A DNA stretch of 64,000 nt from contig CAWBAT010000006.1 in the NCBI GenBank assembly GCA_963786955.1, positions 960,001 to 1,024,000 on the forward strand, given 5' to 3'. The translations under genes were made by a program, and so were the position numbers. The stretch comes from an uncultured Acidimicrobiia bacterium. Its GTDB lineage: Bacteria; Acidobacteriota; Terriglobia; Versatilivoradales; Versatilivoraceae. Below are positions 31,780 through 42,723 of the stretch, piece by piece. The number at the start of each line of letters is the position of its first letter. The first letter of the stretch is position 1. A model generated the notes under the pieces. That model had not been told where the DNA came from. It saw only the letters and a list, made by a program, of their open reading frames with translations, and did not search any database.

Positions 31780-32057
31780 CTCATCTCCCTCTCGACGCCG
31801 TGGGCGAGCAATTTGAAGAAAGGTGGCTCCATCGAGCCGACAGTCTGGATGAAGATGCGTTGACCGTGCCTGATTTCTCCGCTACGGCCGATCTCTATAA
31901 TGTAGTGGATAATATCAACGATATTCGCATCATTCCGGTTAGTGCTGTTGACCTCTATGCGCTTTTTGGTGTTGCTCTAATTCCGGGGATCCCGGTCGTA
32001 ATCGCTTCGCTCCCTTTCGATACCATAATCCAAGACGCGATGAAACTTCTGCTCTGA
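31780..32057 (+). pseudogene. 3' fragment of a membrane protein gene
   Basis: FEERWL...PDFSATADL.N.V.N...hydrophobic tail, with no N-terminal part. Confidence 0.5.
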
Positions 32058-32216
32058 GCGGGGTGGAGCATGAAACACGAAGGCACACTTGATCGACAGC
32101 CGAGACGGCCGTGCCTGAACATCCTGATCATCACGCCAATGCGGGTCTATAATATGTCCGAAGGTTGGTTTGCAGTCCCCAGTGACTACAATTTTTTTGT
32201 TGAATGGAAAAATGGG

Positions 32217-32351
32217 ATGGGCAAAGCGTTGCGCGACAAGTGCCCGCGACTCACATGCCGAATGGAAGCCGCCGCACGATCGGCCGGCTCCAGTGAGCTT
32301 GATCGAACGGTCCGACCATGGTCGCATCCCTGAGTTGGTGCCGATCCGTCA
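32217..32351 (+). pseudogene. 5' fragment of a second DUF2252 gene
   Basis: GKALRDKCPR/HAEWKPPHDR...GRIPELVPIRH matches the N-terminus of 32349..33767. Confidence 0.75.
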
Positions 32352-33767
32352 CCGGTTCTCTTCGAAGACCGCCTGCACCTTGCCCTGCCGGACCGCACGG
32401 TCGAGAGCCGCATGGTCGCTCTCGTTCTGATCGGCGTAAGCCATCGAAAAAGAAGCGATGGCCCGGTCGAAGGCGTCGCTCTTGCCCATGTACCCGCTGA
32501 GCATGGCGGAGTGCCCGGATCGGGCGTGGGAGAGGGCGAGGGCCCTTCCGCACCAGGTGGCGTAGAGATCCATCTCGGCGCGGCCGAACGTTTCCACGCG
32601 GATGCTGATCTTGATGTCCCTCAGCTGACGGATGAAGAAGTGGCGCCCCGTGGCGCCCTCGGTCCACCCGAGGAACATGTCGCTGGCGGGCTGCATGAGC
32701 CGGTAGCCGTTGACGACACGTTGGCCGTGGTTCGGAAAGACGCTCGCGCCCGCGTATGGCTCCAGGACCGAGGCACGCGCCTCCTTGACCTGGAGGAAGA
32801 GGGGGTCACCCTCGCCGGCCATGAAGAGGAACACCCAGCACGCGGTCCCGACGCTGCCGATCCCCACCACTTTGATGGCGGCGTCCCGGATCTCATATCG
32901 ATCAAGCAAGGATTGGTACGCAGGCTGGAGAGTGGCACGGTACCCAGCGAGCGTGTCCATTATCCCCTTGTGGATCTCACCTGGGGGAGAGTACTCGGCG
33001 TGGAAAATTGCGGGGAGCTGGTCCTTGATGACAGGCATCTCCCCCTTCTGTTCCACGAGCTTCGGAAAGATGTCTTCAGCGACGCTCTTCGCCCGTTCCT
33101 TCTGTAAGCGCTTGATGCCCCGCGTGCGAATTTTTGGATCCTTGATACCCGCCACCAGCTCGTCTGCATCTATCGATTGGTACCACAGCTCGAGCGTCTT
33201 CATCTGGCTGAACTCGGCCATGGCCTCGCGGTAGGTGCGGACGCAGGTCATGACCACATCCTTGGCTGCGGCATCTTTCACTCCATTGTCCCGGCAGGCC
33301 ACGACGAAGCTCGCGGCCAGGCGCTTGATGTCCCACTCCCAGGGCGCCGGGAGAGTCTCGTCGAGATCGTTGATGGAGAAGATGATCTTCCGCTCCGGAG
33401 TAGCGAATCCGCCGAAATTGCACAGGTGGGCGTCTCCGCAGCACTGGACGCGGACACCCGTGACCGGGGTGGACCCCAGGTCGGCCGCCATCGTGAGAGC
33501 TGACCCGCGATAGAACGTGAACGCAGAGCGGACCATGCGCCCATGACGGAGGGGGAGCAGGTCGGGTAGGCGTCCCTTCTCCGCCTCCAAGACCAGCTCG
33601 ACCGCGTCCCGCCGGTCGGATGGAGCTTTCCAAACGGCGTGTGCATTCCGGGGGCAGATTGTCCGCAAGGCCTTGCCCGAGGCATATTGCTCCGCCCGCA
33701 ACCCAGACTGGACAGAAACCAAGCCCGGCGCAGCACCTTCTCTAACTCCCTTTTGTGAAGATTTCAT
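32349..33767 (-). CDS. DUF2252 domain protein (kinase-like fold)
   Basis: RHGRM..SAFTFYRG, CGDAHL.NFG, INDLDET and KVVGIGSVG motifs. Confidence 0.93.
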   Translation of the reverse strand: MKSSQKGVREGAAPGLVSVQSGLRAEQYASGKALRTICPRNAHAVWKAPSDRRDAVELVLEAEKGRLPDLLPLRHGRMVRSAFTFYRGSALTMAADLGSTPVTGVRVQCCGDAHLCNFGGFATPERKIIFSINDLDETLPAPWEWDIKRLAASFVVACRDNGVKDAAAKDVVMTCVRTYREAMAEFSQMKTLELWYQSIDADELVAGIKDPKIRTRGIKRLQKERAKSVAEDIFPKLVEQKGEMPVIKDQLPAIFHAEYSPPGEIHKGIMDTLAGYRATLQPAYQSLLDRYEIRDAAIKVVGIGSVGTACWVFLFMAGEGDPLFLQVKEARASVLEPYAGASVFPNHGQRVVNGYRLMQPASDMFLGWTEGATGRHFFIRQLRDIKISIRVETFGRAEMDLYATWCGRALALSHARSGHSAMLSGYMGKSDAFDRAIASFSMAYADQNESDHAALDRAVRQGKVQAVFEENR

Positions 33768-33990
33768 TGGATTCTCCTTTATCGATTCACCATCAGGGCG
33801 GCACCGCCCCGACCCATTCTTGACTTCTCACTATGACGGCGGGTGACGCCAAATTCGTGCTTTGACTCTCTGCCGACGCGCGAATTCGCCCCTAAGTTTC
33901 AACGGCGATCCTGCGGAAAATGGCTGAGACAAAGTCGCAGGCCGTGCCCTAAAAGACACGGCCTGCACGTTTTCACCAGCGAAACGACTG

Positions 33991-35523
33991 TTACTTCACC
34001 GGTTCAATCTCACCGGGCCGCCACGTCTTATCGAACCACGGTTCAAGTGGACTGTAGAGCCGGAGGATCGTGTTCCAGCCTTTGCCGGGAATGGTCTGCA
34101 CCCAGTTCTTCTCCTTGCCGGCCGGTGCCTTCGGGCCGAAATAAACATCCACCGAGCCGTCGGTATTCACCAGTAATCCCTTGGTCTGGCTGCTAACGCT
34201 CGGGAACCTCTGGTCGGTCTGGATCATCGAGCGAGTCTGGTCGCTGTAGAGGATGACGGACCAGAATTCTTTGACCGGGATGTTGGGAGGCAGATGCAGC
34301 TGGTAGTTCTTGCCGCCATCGAGCGGATTGGCGACGGCGTCGCGGGCCGTCCACGCGTATTGTGAACCACGGCCAATCATCTTGGCTTCCATCGCGGGCG
34401 TGACGCCAGTGGCCATGAAGTAGTAGAAGATGTAACCGGACAAGTTTAGCACGCCAGGCTCGGTCTGGAACTTGTAGCCACCAATGAAGGGAACCTGCCA
34501 ATTGCTGTTCTCATAATAGAATGCCTCCTTATCACGCGTATGGAAGGCGATGGCGCGGGCGGTTGCATCACCCACCGTAGCCGCTTCGGTCAGGATCTTC
34601 TTCATCCGCGCATCCGGCGCAAACGGCTTGCCCTTCTGGATGCCAATGGAGGCGTAGTAGCCCAGCCGAATTTGGTCGAGCGATTCAGTTGGTTCCTCTT
34701 GCACGACCTGGTTGAGCAGTTCCCAAAACGAGTAATCAGCCGGATTAACGATGTTGAAGGGCTTGCCTGACATATCAACATAAGCCAGCGGCGGCGCTAA
34801 CTTACCCGCGTCGGCCAGCGGATAGATCTTGGTGAACTTCTTGACGAGATCGATGCCGGGCTTCGGGTCACCGTTCACCAGGAAACTGCGCCACGGAAGC
34901 CAGAGGTTGAAGGTCGGAGAATGCACAACGTGGTACCCTTCGGGCACGTCACCCTTGTAACCGGGCGGCAGCAACAGATACTTGCCACCTTCGCCGTGGT
35001 CCGGCCCGGTGATGCCAAGGTCGACGACCCATCGGAACCAGATGTCGTTGATCGCCCCGAGAACCTTTGGCGGCACTTCGAGCACCAGCGGCCCATCCTT
35101 TAGATTAACCCACGCCCAGCTATAGACCGTATTGTCATTGAATGTGAGTCCGATGGTTCGCGAATCCACGAGCTGCTCCCAAATCGGCACGACCGTGTTC
35201 ACCGGCCCGTATTTGAGGAAGCCGTTTCGGTCGGCAACCTGGCTCACCGCCGGAATGGCCATGAGATAAGCCTGCACTGCGCGCTGGAAATCAAGATTGT
35301 CTAAAAGTTTTTCCGCCGTCGCTTTTTCCGGGAAGCCGTCGAAGAAATGCAACGTGCCCAGACGGGTCTCAACCTTGGCGGGCGAGTCCACACCGGGCGG
35401 CATCTGCGTGGAGTACTTGTACTTCGGATCGGACGGCGGGCCAGTCAGTTCTTGAGCGTAGCCGGTGAACCTGCAGGCGACGATGCCGGCGACGAGCGCT
35501 ACTCTAAACACTTTAAGTTTCAT
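33991..35523 (-). CDS. DUF1254/DUF1214 secreted protein
   Basis: ETRLGTL.FFDGFP, FWSV.LY, DGSVDVYFGP and LRLYSP motifs; RBS GGAG before ATG 35523. Confidence 0.92.
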   Translation of the reverse strand: MKLKVFRVALVAGIVACRFTGYAQELTGPPSDPKYKYSTQMPPGVDSPAKVETRLGTLHFFDGFPEKATAEKLLDNLDFQRAVQAYLMAIPAVSQVADRNGFLKYGPVNTVVPIWEQLVDSRTIGLTFNDNTVYSWAWVNLKDGPLVLEVPPKVLGAINDIWFRWVVDLGITGPDHGEGGKYLLLPPGYKGDVPEGYHVVHSPTFNLWLPWRSFLVNGDPKPGIDLVKKFTKIYPLADAGKLAPPLAYVDMSGKPFNIVNPADYSFWELLNQVVQEEPTESLDQIRLGYYASIGIQKGKPFAPDARMKKILTEAATVGDATARAIAFHTRDKEAFYYENSNWQVPFIGGYKFQTEPGVLNLSGYIFYYFMATGVTPAMEAKMIGRGSQYAWTARDAVANPLDGGKNYQLHLPPNIPVKEFWSVILYSDQTRSMIQTDQRFPSVSSQTKGLLVNTDGSVDVYFGPKAPAGKEKNWVQTIPGKGWNTILRLYSPLEPWFDKTWRPGEIEPVK

Positions 35524-35564
35524 TTTATTCCAACTCCTTTTTGTATTTGTATCACCTCGATAGT

Positions 35565-35723
35565 AAAGCGGATGCCACCCAGGTCCTTGATTTGGCCGGG
35601 CCGGGAAATCGCCATGCCTTGCCGCGTGCCGCCGAAATGCGAAGAGCTCTACTTGGTCCACTTGAAGGACGTGTCAAGCGCCCACGACCATGGAACCGCA
35701 AGGTGCGGGAACGTATCCCCGCG
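35565..35723 (-). pseudogene. Internal arylsulfatase fragment
   Basis: Manual translation TFPHLAVPWSWALDTSFKWTK*SSSHFGGTRQGMAISRPGQIKDLGGIR is homologous to part of 47359..49873. Confidence 0.8.
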
Positions 35724-36504
35724 ACGATAAATAGTTGAGGCTCACCTGCAGGTGTCAAATTGAACTTAATCTCGGTCTACTCACAATGGATCGACTCAGT
35801 GTTCATCCCATTACCGTCTTATCTCATGACTGTCTTATCGCTGCTCGCCAAGTTATTGTAGGTTTCACTAATGGCATAGAGCTGACAGAGTATAGGTTTG
35901 TTTTTGAAAAAATTTGCAGATGCCCCAGCAGGTGAGGCATTGTTATTAGGAGTTAGTTGTCTTAACCCAAAAGGTATCGCCTGGTTAAATTCAGCTTCGA
36001 ATTCTCTTTCCAAGGCCTAGGTTGATCCGCCATTAGAACTTGTATTTAGAGCACCTTGATTACCACTTTCGAATGGCCATATCTTATAGAGGCGCTGAGG
36101 CTTCTGGATACTCGCTTTCTGGGTTGCAACGCCTATCGGTGAGTGCATTCCCCCACAATTGTTGATATTGCGCAACAATCTCTACAGCAACGAGCTCGGC
36201 TTATGGTTGGGAAATGTAATGGACCAATCAACACTCATGCCCAGACTCGTTCAATTGGCTGTGTAGTTAAAATTAACCGGCCAAATCTGTTTGAATCCTA
36301 ATTTAAGCGTAGGCGCTCTACGAGGTTGCAGTAATTTTCACGGCCCTTTCGGGTCTGTGTCTCGGGCAGACAAGTGCCCCTGCATCGCTTGACCATAAGT
36401 ACCCCACCCCCATACCACCTGGCGTCACTTCACCACACAACATCGGAGGCAAGGTTGAGGGCGACCGCGGCCCCATCGCCAAGGCCACCGTCACTCTTTG
36501 GGCG

Positions 36505-36590
36505 GCATAAGACACTCATCTGGAACACGTGGCATTTCCAAGGTCCCAAATCGACACACAGTTCAGTATCTCTTATCTCTCCAACGACCT
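36505..36590 (-). pseudogene. 3' remnant of a GH13 amylase copy
   Basis: GEIRDTELCVDLGPWKCHVF versus SEMRDAGLYVELGPWKCHVF in 30301..31779. Confidence 0.75.
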
Positions 36591-37058
36591 CCGCGCCAGG
36601 CGTGTCGTCAGTGCTCTGGACATTGCGTAGGGGAAGCAAATGAGAATCGGGCCTACAACCAAGGCGGCGCCTGGATGCACCGAGTGGTATATGACCCGCT
36701 GAAAAACGATGTCCATGATGATCCCCAGGGCGACTAGGTTGCGGACGGTCGCCACTCCGCTTCGCAGCAATTCTCTTCGACGTCCAGCACCGAAGAGCAG
36801 CCCGAAAAGGTAGGGTAGATTTCCAGCCTTGGCATCGGCGAGACCTCCGCGAATCCCCAAGACAATGGCAACCATCGGCTGCAGGATGAAGCGTAATCGT
36901 CCGGGTCCAGTGAACCGCTGCGGTAATTCCTCGAGGAATTGCCTCGAGAACAGGTACACCCGACCCGTTTCGATGGTGTCCAAAATCGCAAAGGGGATCG
37001 TGGCAGCAATCACAAGAAGCGCCAGTACTGTCACGATCGTGTCGCGTCGCAGCGTCAT
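36573..37058 (-). CDS. Hypothetical membrane protein
   Basis: GPGRLRFILQP..A..LGIR.G..DA motif; several TM segments. Confidence 0.75.
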   Translation of the reverse strand: MTLRRDTIVTVLALLVIAATIPFAILDTIETGRVYLFSRQFLEELPQRFTGPGRLRFILQPMVAIVLGIRGGLADAKAGNLPYLFGLLFGAGRRRELLRSGVATVRNLVALGIIMDIVFQRVIYHSVHPGAALVVGPILICFPYAMSRALTTRLARRSLER

Positions 37059-38325
37059 GTTCTTGGCCTCAGCGAATGCGCTGCCCTAAGCCCGTGCGGC
37101 TCATGCCCCCCACCCTCGAAACCCAGTGGTGTGGGCTTTCACAGTGAACACAGCCTGCCTGCCCACTTCCAGGGTCCGCTTGGGATCTAGGAAGCCGTAA
37201 AACTGGATGATCTTGGCCACGAGCCCGGTCCAGCCGATCAGGGCGTACGCAAGGATTCAACAAGACTATACAGATTTTGCGGGTTTACGTGAATGACGCC
37301 GTGGCGTGGGGCATCAATGTCTGCAATAAGAAAAAACGCGATAGACACCACAAACGGTAGGACCAGAAGCAGGATGCTTCCCGCTTTGAAGGTTCGCGCA
37401 CCATAACCGACCAACACGTTGCTGCAGATGGCAATTGCTGCCATCAGAAACCATGCCCCAACAGGAATTCGGTTCCACCAGGCAGCCTGGGTGTATCCCT
37501 GCGAGTTCAATACATCGTTCATGCCCGAGACGGCCAAGGCGAGTATGGGCGTCGGCTGCGCTGCAGCCGGAGCCAGGACCGCGGACCACAAATCGTTCTG
37601 CAATTGCGCGGTGCGGGCATTGATCTGCGAAATTTGTTGCTCGTCGCGGGTTACATAAAATAATACGCGCTGGTCTAGGTAGTTCCTGAGCAGCGCACGC
37701 ACCTTCGCCGCATCTGCGGAAGGCAGCAGGCTGGCACGAACGTATTCGGTGCCGATCGCATTGGCCTCTGCCTCCTCGTAGTTTTTGCGCAGATCGTACC
37801 GGCTTACGGCCATCGAAAAACTAAATCCGATGATGAGTCCGAGCAGTGTCAGCGTCGCGGCCAGGATAATGCCGAAGTCTTCCAGCATGTCCTCTTTCAG
37901 CTTCCACCGCCCCCTGAGAAAGGACGCCCCGACCCGCGCCGAGAGCCACATCAAGATGAAAGAGACCACGAATACAAGTAGTGGCCTGTTCATTAGCTAT
38001 TTCTCCTCGGGTGAAGTGATCAATCCACCGCATTTTTCAATTCGACGAGCCGAATCCGACCAGGCCGCGCGGGTCTGATCGCGAGACCCCCTAAGCCCGC
38101 GCTAGGATATAGCGGGCCGTCACGATCGTCTCGCTTCGCAGCGTCAAGTTCTTGAGCTCAGGTAACGCGTTGCCCTGCCCCAGTTTGGCTACTGCCTTCC
38201 GTCCTTTTTACCCAGCACTGCGGGCTTTATCCGTGAACGCAGCCTGCCTGCCCACTTCCAGGGTCCGCTTGGGATCTAGGAAGCCGTAAAGCTGGATGAT
38301 CTTGGCCACGAGTCCGGTCCAGCCG
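37030..38325. repeat. 207-bp imperfect direct repeats (37030..37236 and 38119..38325) bracketing the DUF4239-like gene
   Basis: Both copies contain the glucosidase 3' end and the start of the downstream membrane-protein gene. Confidence 0.88.
37238..37993 (-). CDS. DUF4239 / bestrophin-like membrane protein
   Basis: LLGLIIGFSFSMA..RY..R...EANAIGT and DID.P..G motifs. Confidence 0.8.
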   Translation of the reverse strand: MNRPLLVFVVSFILMWLSARVGASFLRGRWKLKEDMLEDFGIILAATLTLLGLIIGFSFSMAVSRYDLRKNYEEAEANAIGTEYVRASLLPSADAAKVRALLRNYLDQRVLFYVTRDEQQISQINARTAQLQNDLWSAVLAPAAAQPTPILALAVSGMNDVLNSQGYTQAAWWNRIPVGAWFLMAAIAICSNVLVGYGARTFKAGSILLLVLPFVVSIAFFLIADIDAPRHGVIHVNPQNLYSLVESLRTP

Positions 38326-40964
38326 GTTTGGTGACTGGCGCCCAATCCGGCGCCATTGTCGCCATGGAAGTATTCAAAGAAGTAGATATTGTCGCGCCAG
38401 TGCGGATCACTCTGGAACTTTTGCGTGCCGCCATAGACGGGCCGCTGACCATGCTCATCGCGCAAGAAAATCCGGGTGAGCCGGTCCCCGATCTCTTTGC
38501 TCACCTCGAAGAGGTTCATGAGCTTGCCGGACCCCGTGGGGCATTCGATTTTGAAGTTGTCACCATAGTACAAAAAGAAGTTCAGCAGCGCCCGGATAAT
38601 GAGCGCGTTCACTGGCATCCAGACCGGTCCCCGCCAGTTGGAATTCCCGCCGAACATGCCTGTGTTCGACTCGGCCGGCAAGTAGTCGACGCGGTATTCC
38701 TGCCCTTGGACTTGGAAGACGTATGGGTGCTGCTCGTGGAACTTGGAAAGCGAGCGGATGCCATAGGGGCTCAAGAACTCGTTTTCATCGAGCATCTTCG
38801 TGAGGATCCGGCGGAGCCGCTCCGGAGTGAGTAGAGCCATAATCCCCCGCTCTGCCACGCCAAATTGTCCCGGGCCTGTGGGGTGGATGGTCTCCTTGAG
38901 TTCGGGAATGCGGCGCAGGCGTTCATTCACCGCAGCCATCGTCTGTGGGATGTGCTCCCGCATCGACTTTTCGATAACCGTCGTGGCGCACAGAGGCAGG
39001 AGCCCCACCATGGAGCGCACCTTGAGCCGCGTGGCACTGCCGTCGGGGAGCCGCAGCAGGTCGTAATAGAAACCGTCTTCCTCGTCCCACATGCCGTCCG
39101 ATCCTGGCTTGTTCATGGCCGAGCCGATGTAGAAGAAGTGCTCGGCGAACTTCATAATCATGGGTTCGTAGCTGGGGTCGTGGGCGGTGATCTCGAACGC
39201 GAGTTCCAACATGTTCTGTGTGAACAGGGCCATCCAGGCCGTGCCGTCCGCTTGCTCCAGGTGGCCGCCGGTGGGGAGCGGCGCGCTGCGGTCGAAGACG
39301 CCAATGTTGTCGAGGCCGAGAAAGCCTCCTTCGAACACGTTCTTGCCGAAGCGGTCCTTCCGGTTCACCCACCAGGTGAAGTTCAGCAAGAGCTTGTTGA
39401 ACGTTTTTTTGAGGAAATCCACGTCCGTCTCGCCGCGCAGGGCTTGCTCGGTTCTGTGCAGAAAGAGTGTCGCAAATGCGTGGACCGGGGGGTTCACGTC
39501 GCTGAAGTTCCACTCGTAGGCTGGCATCTGACCGCTGGGATGCAGGTAGGCGGCATGGAGCATCAGTTCCATCTGCTGCTTGGCAAAGTCGGGATCAACG
39601 ATCGAGAGCGGGAGTGTGTGGAAAGCCAGGTCCCAGGCCGCATACCAGGGGTATTCCCACTTGTCGGGCATGGAGATGATGTCCTGGTTCAGCATGTGGT
39701 ACCACTCCGAGTTGCGGGAATTTTGATATCCGGTATGCAGAGGGTTGGAGTGGTGCTCGTCCAGCCAGTTGTCACCGTCGAAGAAGAAGAACTGCTTGCT
39801 CCAAAGCATGCCGGCGATGGCCTGGCGCATCACTTTGGCTGCGTCCGGGGAGACCGAAGGCGGGGTCACAGAGTGGTAGAAGTCGTCCGCCTCTTGGATC
39901 CGGGCGGTCAGGATCTTGTCAAACTCCGTGCTGAAGTAAGATGCGGTGGCTTTGCTTTTTCCGCTCTTGGCGGTCTCGGCCAGGCCAGTCAGACGTAACC
40001 GCACTGTGGTTGACTGACGGGGACCCACCATCAGTCGATAGTGCGCAGCAACTTTGGTCCCTTGCTTTCCAGGGTTCACCGCTCCCTGGTTGCCCCGCAC
40101 GACGCAGTTGTTGATGCCGTCCTTGACGTGGGGGCTCTCGTTCTTTTGCCCTGGGAAAAGCCGCTCGTGGTTTGTTTCGTTCTCGGTGAACAGCAGCGGC
40201 ACCTCGCCTTCGCAGGAAAGAATGAATTCACCCAACAGCGGATGCGTCACCGCAACCGCACTCGTGCCCGCCGCTGCCTCGATCTGCTTGAGGTTTGGTT
40301 TCTTAGAGGCCCTATTGGATTCGGCAATCCAGGACGACCAGTCGTTCCGGAACCATAGCGTCGGCAAAAGATGTAGTTCTGCCGCTTCCGGTCCGCGATT
40401 GGCTACGGCGATTCGGACCAAAATGTCTTCCGGGCCGTCCTTGGCGTATTCGACGAAAACGTCGAAATACCGGTCCTCGTTGAAGACACCGGTGTCGAGC
40501 AGTTCATACTCCATCTCATTCTTGGAACGACGCCGGTTCGTCTCTACCAGATCGGCATAGGGATAAGCCGCCTGCGGGTACTTGTAGAGATACTTCATGT
40601 ACGAATGCGTCGGTGTGCTGTCGAGGTAGAAGTAGTACTCCTTCACATCCTCGCCGTGGTTGCCCTCACTGTTGGTCAATCCAAAGAGCCGCTCCTTGAG
40701 AATCGGATCCTTGCCGTTCCACAAGGCCAGCGCAAAGCAGAGGCGCTGTTTGTCATCGGAGATGCCGGCGATGCCGTCCTCGCCCCAGCGGTAGGCACGC
40801 GAACGCGCCTGGTCATGGGTAAAGAAATTCCAGGCGTCACCCCCTTCGCTATAGTCCTCACGGACCGTGCCCCACTGTCGTTCACTGAGGTAGGGCCCCC
40901 ATTTCTTCCACGGGACCTTCACTTCCCGCGCCTCGTCAAGTCTCGTCTGTTCAGTGGTTTTCAT
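38208..40964 (-). CDS. MGH1-like / GH63 glucosidase
   Basis: [32 protein letters not shown] and GASHQTGWT motifs. Confidence 0.93.
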   Translation of the reverse strand: MKTTEQTRLDEAREVKVPWKKWGPYLSERQWGTVREDYSEGGDAWNFFTHDQARSRAYRWGEDGIAGISDDKQRLCFALALWNGKDPILKERLFGLTNSEGNHGEDVKEYYFYLDSTPTHSYMKYLYKYPQAAYPYADLVETNRRRSKNEMEYELLDTGVFNEDRYFDVFVEYAKDGPEDILVRIAVANRGPEAAELHLLPTLWFRNDWSSWIAESNRASKKPNLKQIEAAAGTSAVAVTHPLLGEFILSCEGEVPLLFTENETNHERLFPGQKNESPHVKDGINNCVVRGNQGAVNPGKQGTKVAAHYRLMVGPRQSTTVRLRLTGLAETAKSGKSKATASYFSTEFDKILTARIQEADDFYHSVTPPSVSPDAAKVMRQAIAGMLWSKQFFFFDGDNWLDEHHSNPLHTGYQNSRNSEWYHMLNQDIISMPDKWEYPWYAAWDLAFHTLPLSIVDPDFAKQQMELMLHAAYLHPSGQMPAYEWNFSDVNPPVHAFATLFLHRTEQALRGETDVDFLKKTFNKLLLNFTWWVNRKDRFGKNVFEGGFLGLDNIGVFDRSAPLPTGGHLEQADGTAWMALFTQNMLELAFEITAHDPSYEPMIMKFAEHFFYIGSAMNKPGSDGMWDEEDGFYYDLLRLPDGSATRLKVRSMVGLLPLCATTVIEKSMREHIPQTMAAVNERLRRIPELKETIHPTGPGQFGVAERGIMALLTPERLRRILTKMLDENEFLSPYGIRSLSKFHEQHPYVFQVQGQEYRVDYLPAESNTGMFGGNSNWRGPVWMPVNALIIRALLNFFLYYGDNFKIECPTGSGKLMNLFEVSKEIGDRLTRIFLRDEHGQRPVYGGTQKFQSDPHWRDNIYFFEYFHGDNGAGLGASHQTGWTGLVAKIIQLYGFLDPKRTLEVGRQAAFTDKARSAG

Positions 40965-40982
40965 TATTGCCTCCTGGTTTCG

Positions 40983-41391
40983 TCAACTTCCGCTTGCTTG
41001 GCTTTTTTCCATGCGGACGAAATAACGATAAGCTCCGACGCTTAAGAAATGATGAACACCGCAACCACGTTCCAAATAATAACCGGTCGCGAAGCAATCA
41101 ATAAGCCGTAGTAGACCCAGAGAATCTGAAATACGCCCATGATTGCCGCCATCCTTGGGTTCAAGCCCTTGCTTGACCGGCGCTTGAACATCGCGATCAA
41201 GTCCGGCAGAGCGGAAAAATTGTTCCAAAGCCCGCTAAGATTCCAATGACCTCTGACCGTTCAATCTTTGGATCGAGTAGGCTCGGCACGTCTTGTGGAA
41301 CCAAGTCCTTACAGGCACTGAGCGTGACCAAACCTAGGAAGAAAAAAAGCGAGCGCAACTTCCTTTCGGATGAACATAACACTCCTATCAT
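40983..41391 (-). pseudogene. SemiSWEET/PQ-loop-like transporter with two frameshifts
   Basis: Joined reading: EVIGILAGFGT/FSALPDLIAMFKRRSSKGLNPRMAAIMGVFQILWVYYGLLIASRPVIIWNVVAV. Confidence 0.7.
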
Positions 41392-41601
41392 AATCCTTCA
41401 TATCTAGAGAGGGGAAGGCACCCCCATCTACATCAAATTGTTACCCAAGTATTTCCCCCGAAACCGTTGGCGTCAAGAATTATGTGGCCGGGAAAACCAA
41501 TGGGCTTGTCTCCAGCCTATCGAGGGCCTCATGCCTACTGCTTTCTGCTTTCCGTACAATTACTCTGGTCGTGAAGTCGCAGGCCAAATCTCAAAAGGCT
41601 T

Positions 41602-42149
41602 TTACAGGAGGGAACAGAAAAAACAGAGACTGCTTTTTCGTCTCCGTTATCTCCGTTTGCTCCTGTTGAAAATCCGGATTCATTGATTCGCTCTGGGAAG
41701 AATCAGGCGGCGAACGCCATCCGTCAGTTTCATTTCGTGAAAATTGAGGAGCAGCCCAATCGGGACGTTCAGCAACTTCATGTAGCTTAAAAGTTGGGCC
41801 TGGTGGATCGGCAGGATCTCCTGCACAGCCTTGACTTCGACCAGCACACAGCCGGCCACTAGTATATCAAAGCGGAGCGGTTCTTCGCGCGAGAAGCCCT
41901 TGTATTCGACCACTACGGCTTTCTGGCTGACCGTGGCCAGCCCGCGCAACTCAAGTTCCTTGGTCAGACACCATTCGTAGATCGATTCAATCAGCCCCGG
42001 CCCTTTGTCCCGATGAACCTCGATGGCCGCCCCAATGATGGCTTCGGTCAGTCCGGCCGCTTTTTCAAACAAAGGATGCACGGTTCAACATCAAAGAGGA
42101 GGAAACAGAGACTGCTTTTTCGTCTCCGTTATCTCCGTTTGCTCCTGTT
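41602..42149. repeat. Identical 47-bp direct repeats (41621..41667 and 42103..42149), part of imperfect hairpins, flanking a GxxExxY gene
   Basis: AAACAGAGACTGCTTTTTCGTCTCCGTTATCTCCGTTTGCTCCTGTT is present on both sides of the gene. Confidence 0.93.
41680..42081 (-). CDS. GxxExxY protein (PD-(D/E)XK_3 nuclease-like)
   Basis: AIEVHR..GPGLIESIY, RFDILV..VEVKA, AQLLSYM and GLLLNF motifs; GTG start. Confidence 0.95.
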   Translation of the reverse strand: MHPLFEKAAGLTEAIIGAAIEVHRDKGPGLIESIYEWCLTKELELRGLATVSQKAVVVEYKGFSREEPLRFDILVAGCVLVEVKAVQEILPIHQAQLLSYMKLLNVPIGLLLNFHEMKLTDGVRRLILPRANQ

Positions 42150-42189
42150 AAAATTCCGCTTTCATTTCTGTTTCGTTATCGAAATTGAC

Positions 42190-42650
42190 GACTCACTAGC
42201 CTTGTTGTTCCGCTGTGCGGCTTGCAGTTTCTGGATATCAGCGGGCGACAACTGCGGGCGATCAATCGCCAGGGTTATCTTGTTGAGCTTGCCCGTGAAC
42301 TTGAACGGTACCTAGTAGTCCTGGTCGTCTACCGGTGTGTCGGTATCCGAGCCGACATCGAGGTTCTCAACCCACGCAAGGATGAATGGAATGGTGCGCT
42401 CCATCTTCTGCGTTGCGACCGCCTTACCGTCGACCTTCAACACGCCGATACCGCCTTGTCCGATGCCGCTCATGTTATTGAACACCAGCGTGCCCATCCC
42501 GAGGCCATCATACTTGAAGTCGAACTCGATGATGTGCTTGCCGGGTGCGAGTACCTCCGGACCCTCCCATTTAATGCGTTTCAGGTCTATCAGGTTCCAG
42601 AGGAATACCGGTTTGCCTTTGAGCAGGTAGAAGCTGACGCCGCCGAAATT
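42190..42650 (-). pseudogene. 3' fragment of an arylsulfatase paralog with an internal TAG
   Basis: FYLLKGKPVFLWNL.DLKRI.WEGP...DQDY*VPFKFTGKLNK matches the C-terminus of 47359..49873. Confidence 0.85.
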
Positions 42651-42723
42651 AGAATCGGGCGCGGACATTTGTCTGCCGCTGATGGAGGTGGTTGCGCCGA
42701 GTCGAACCGGCCGGTCAAATCTT

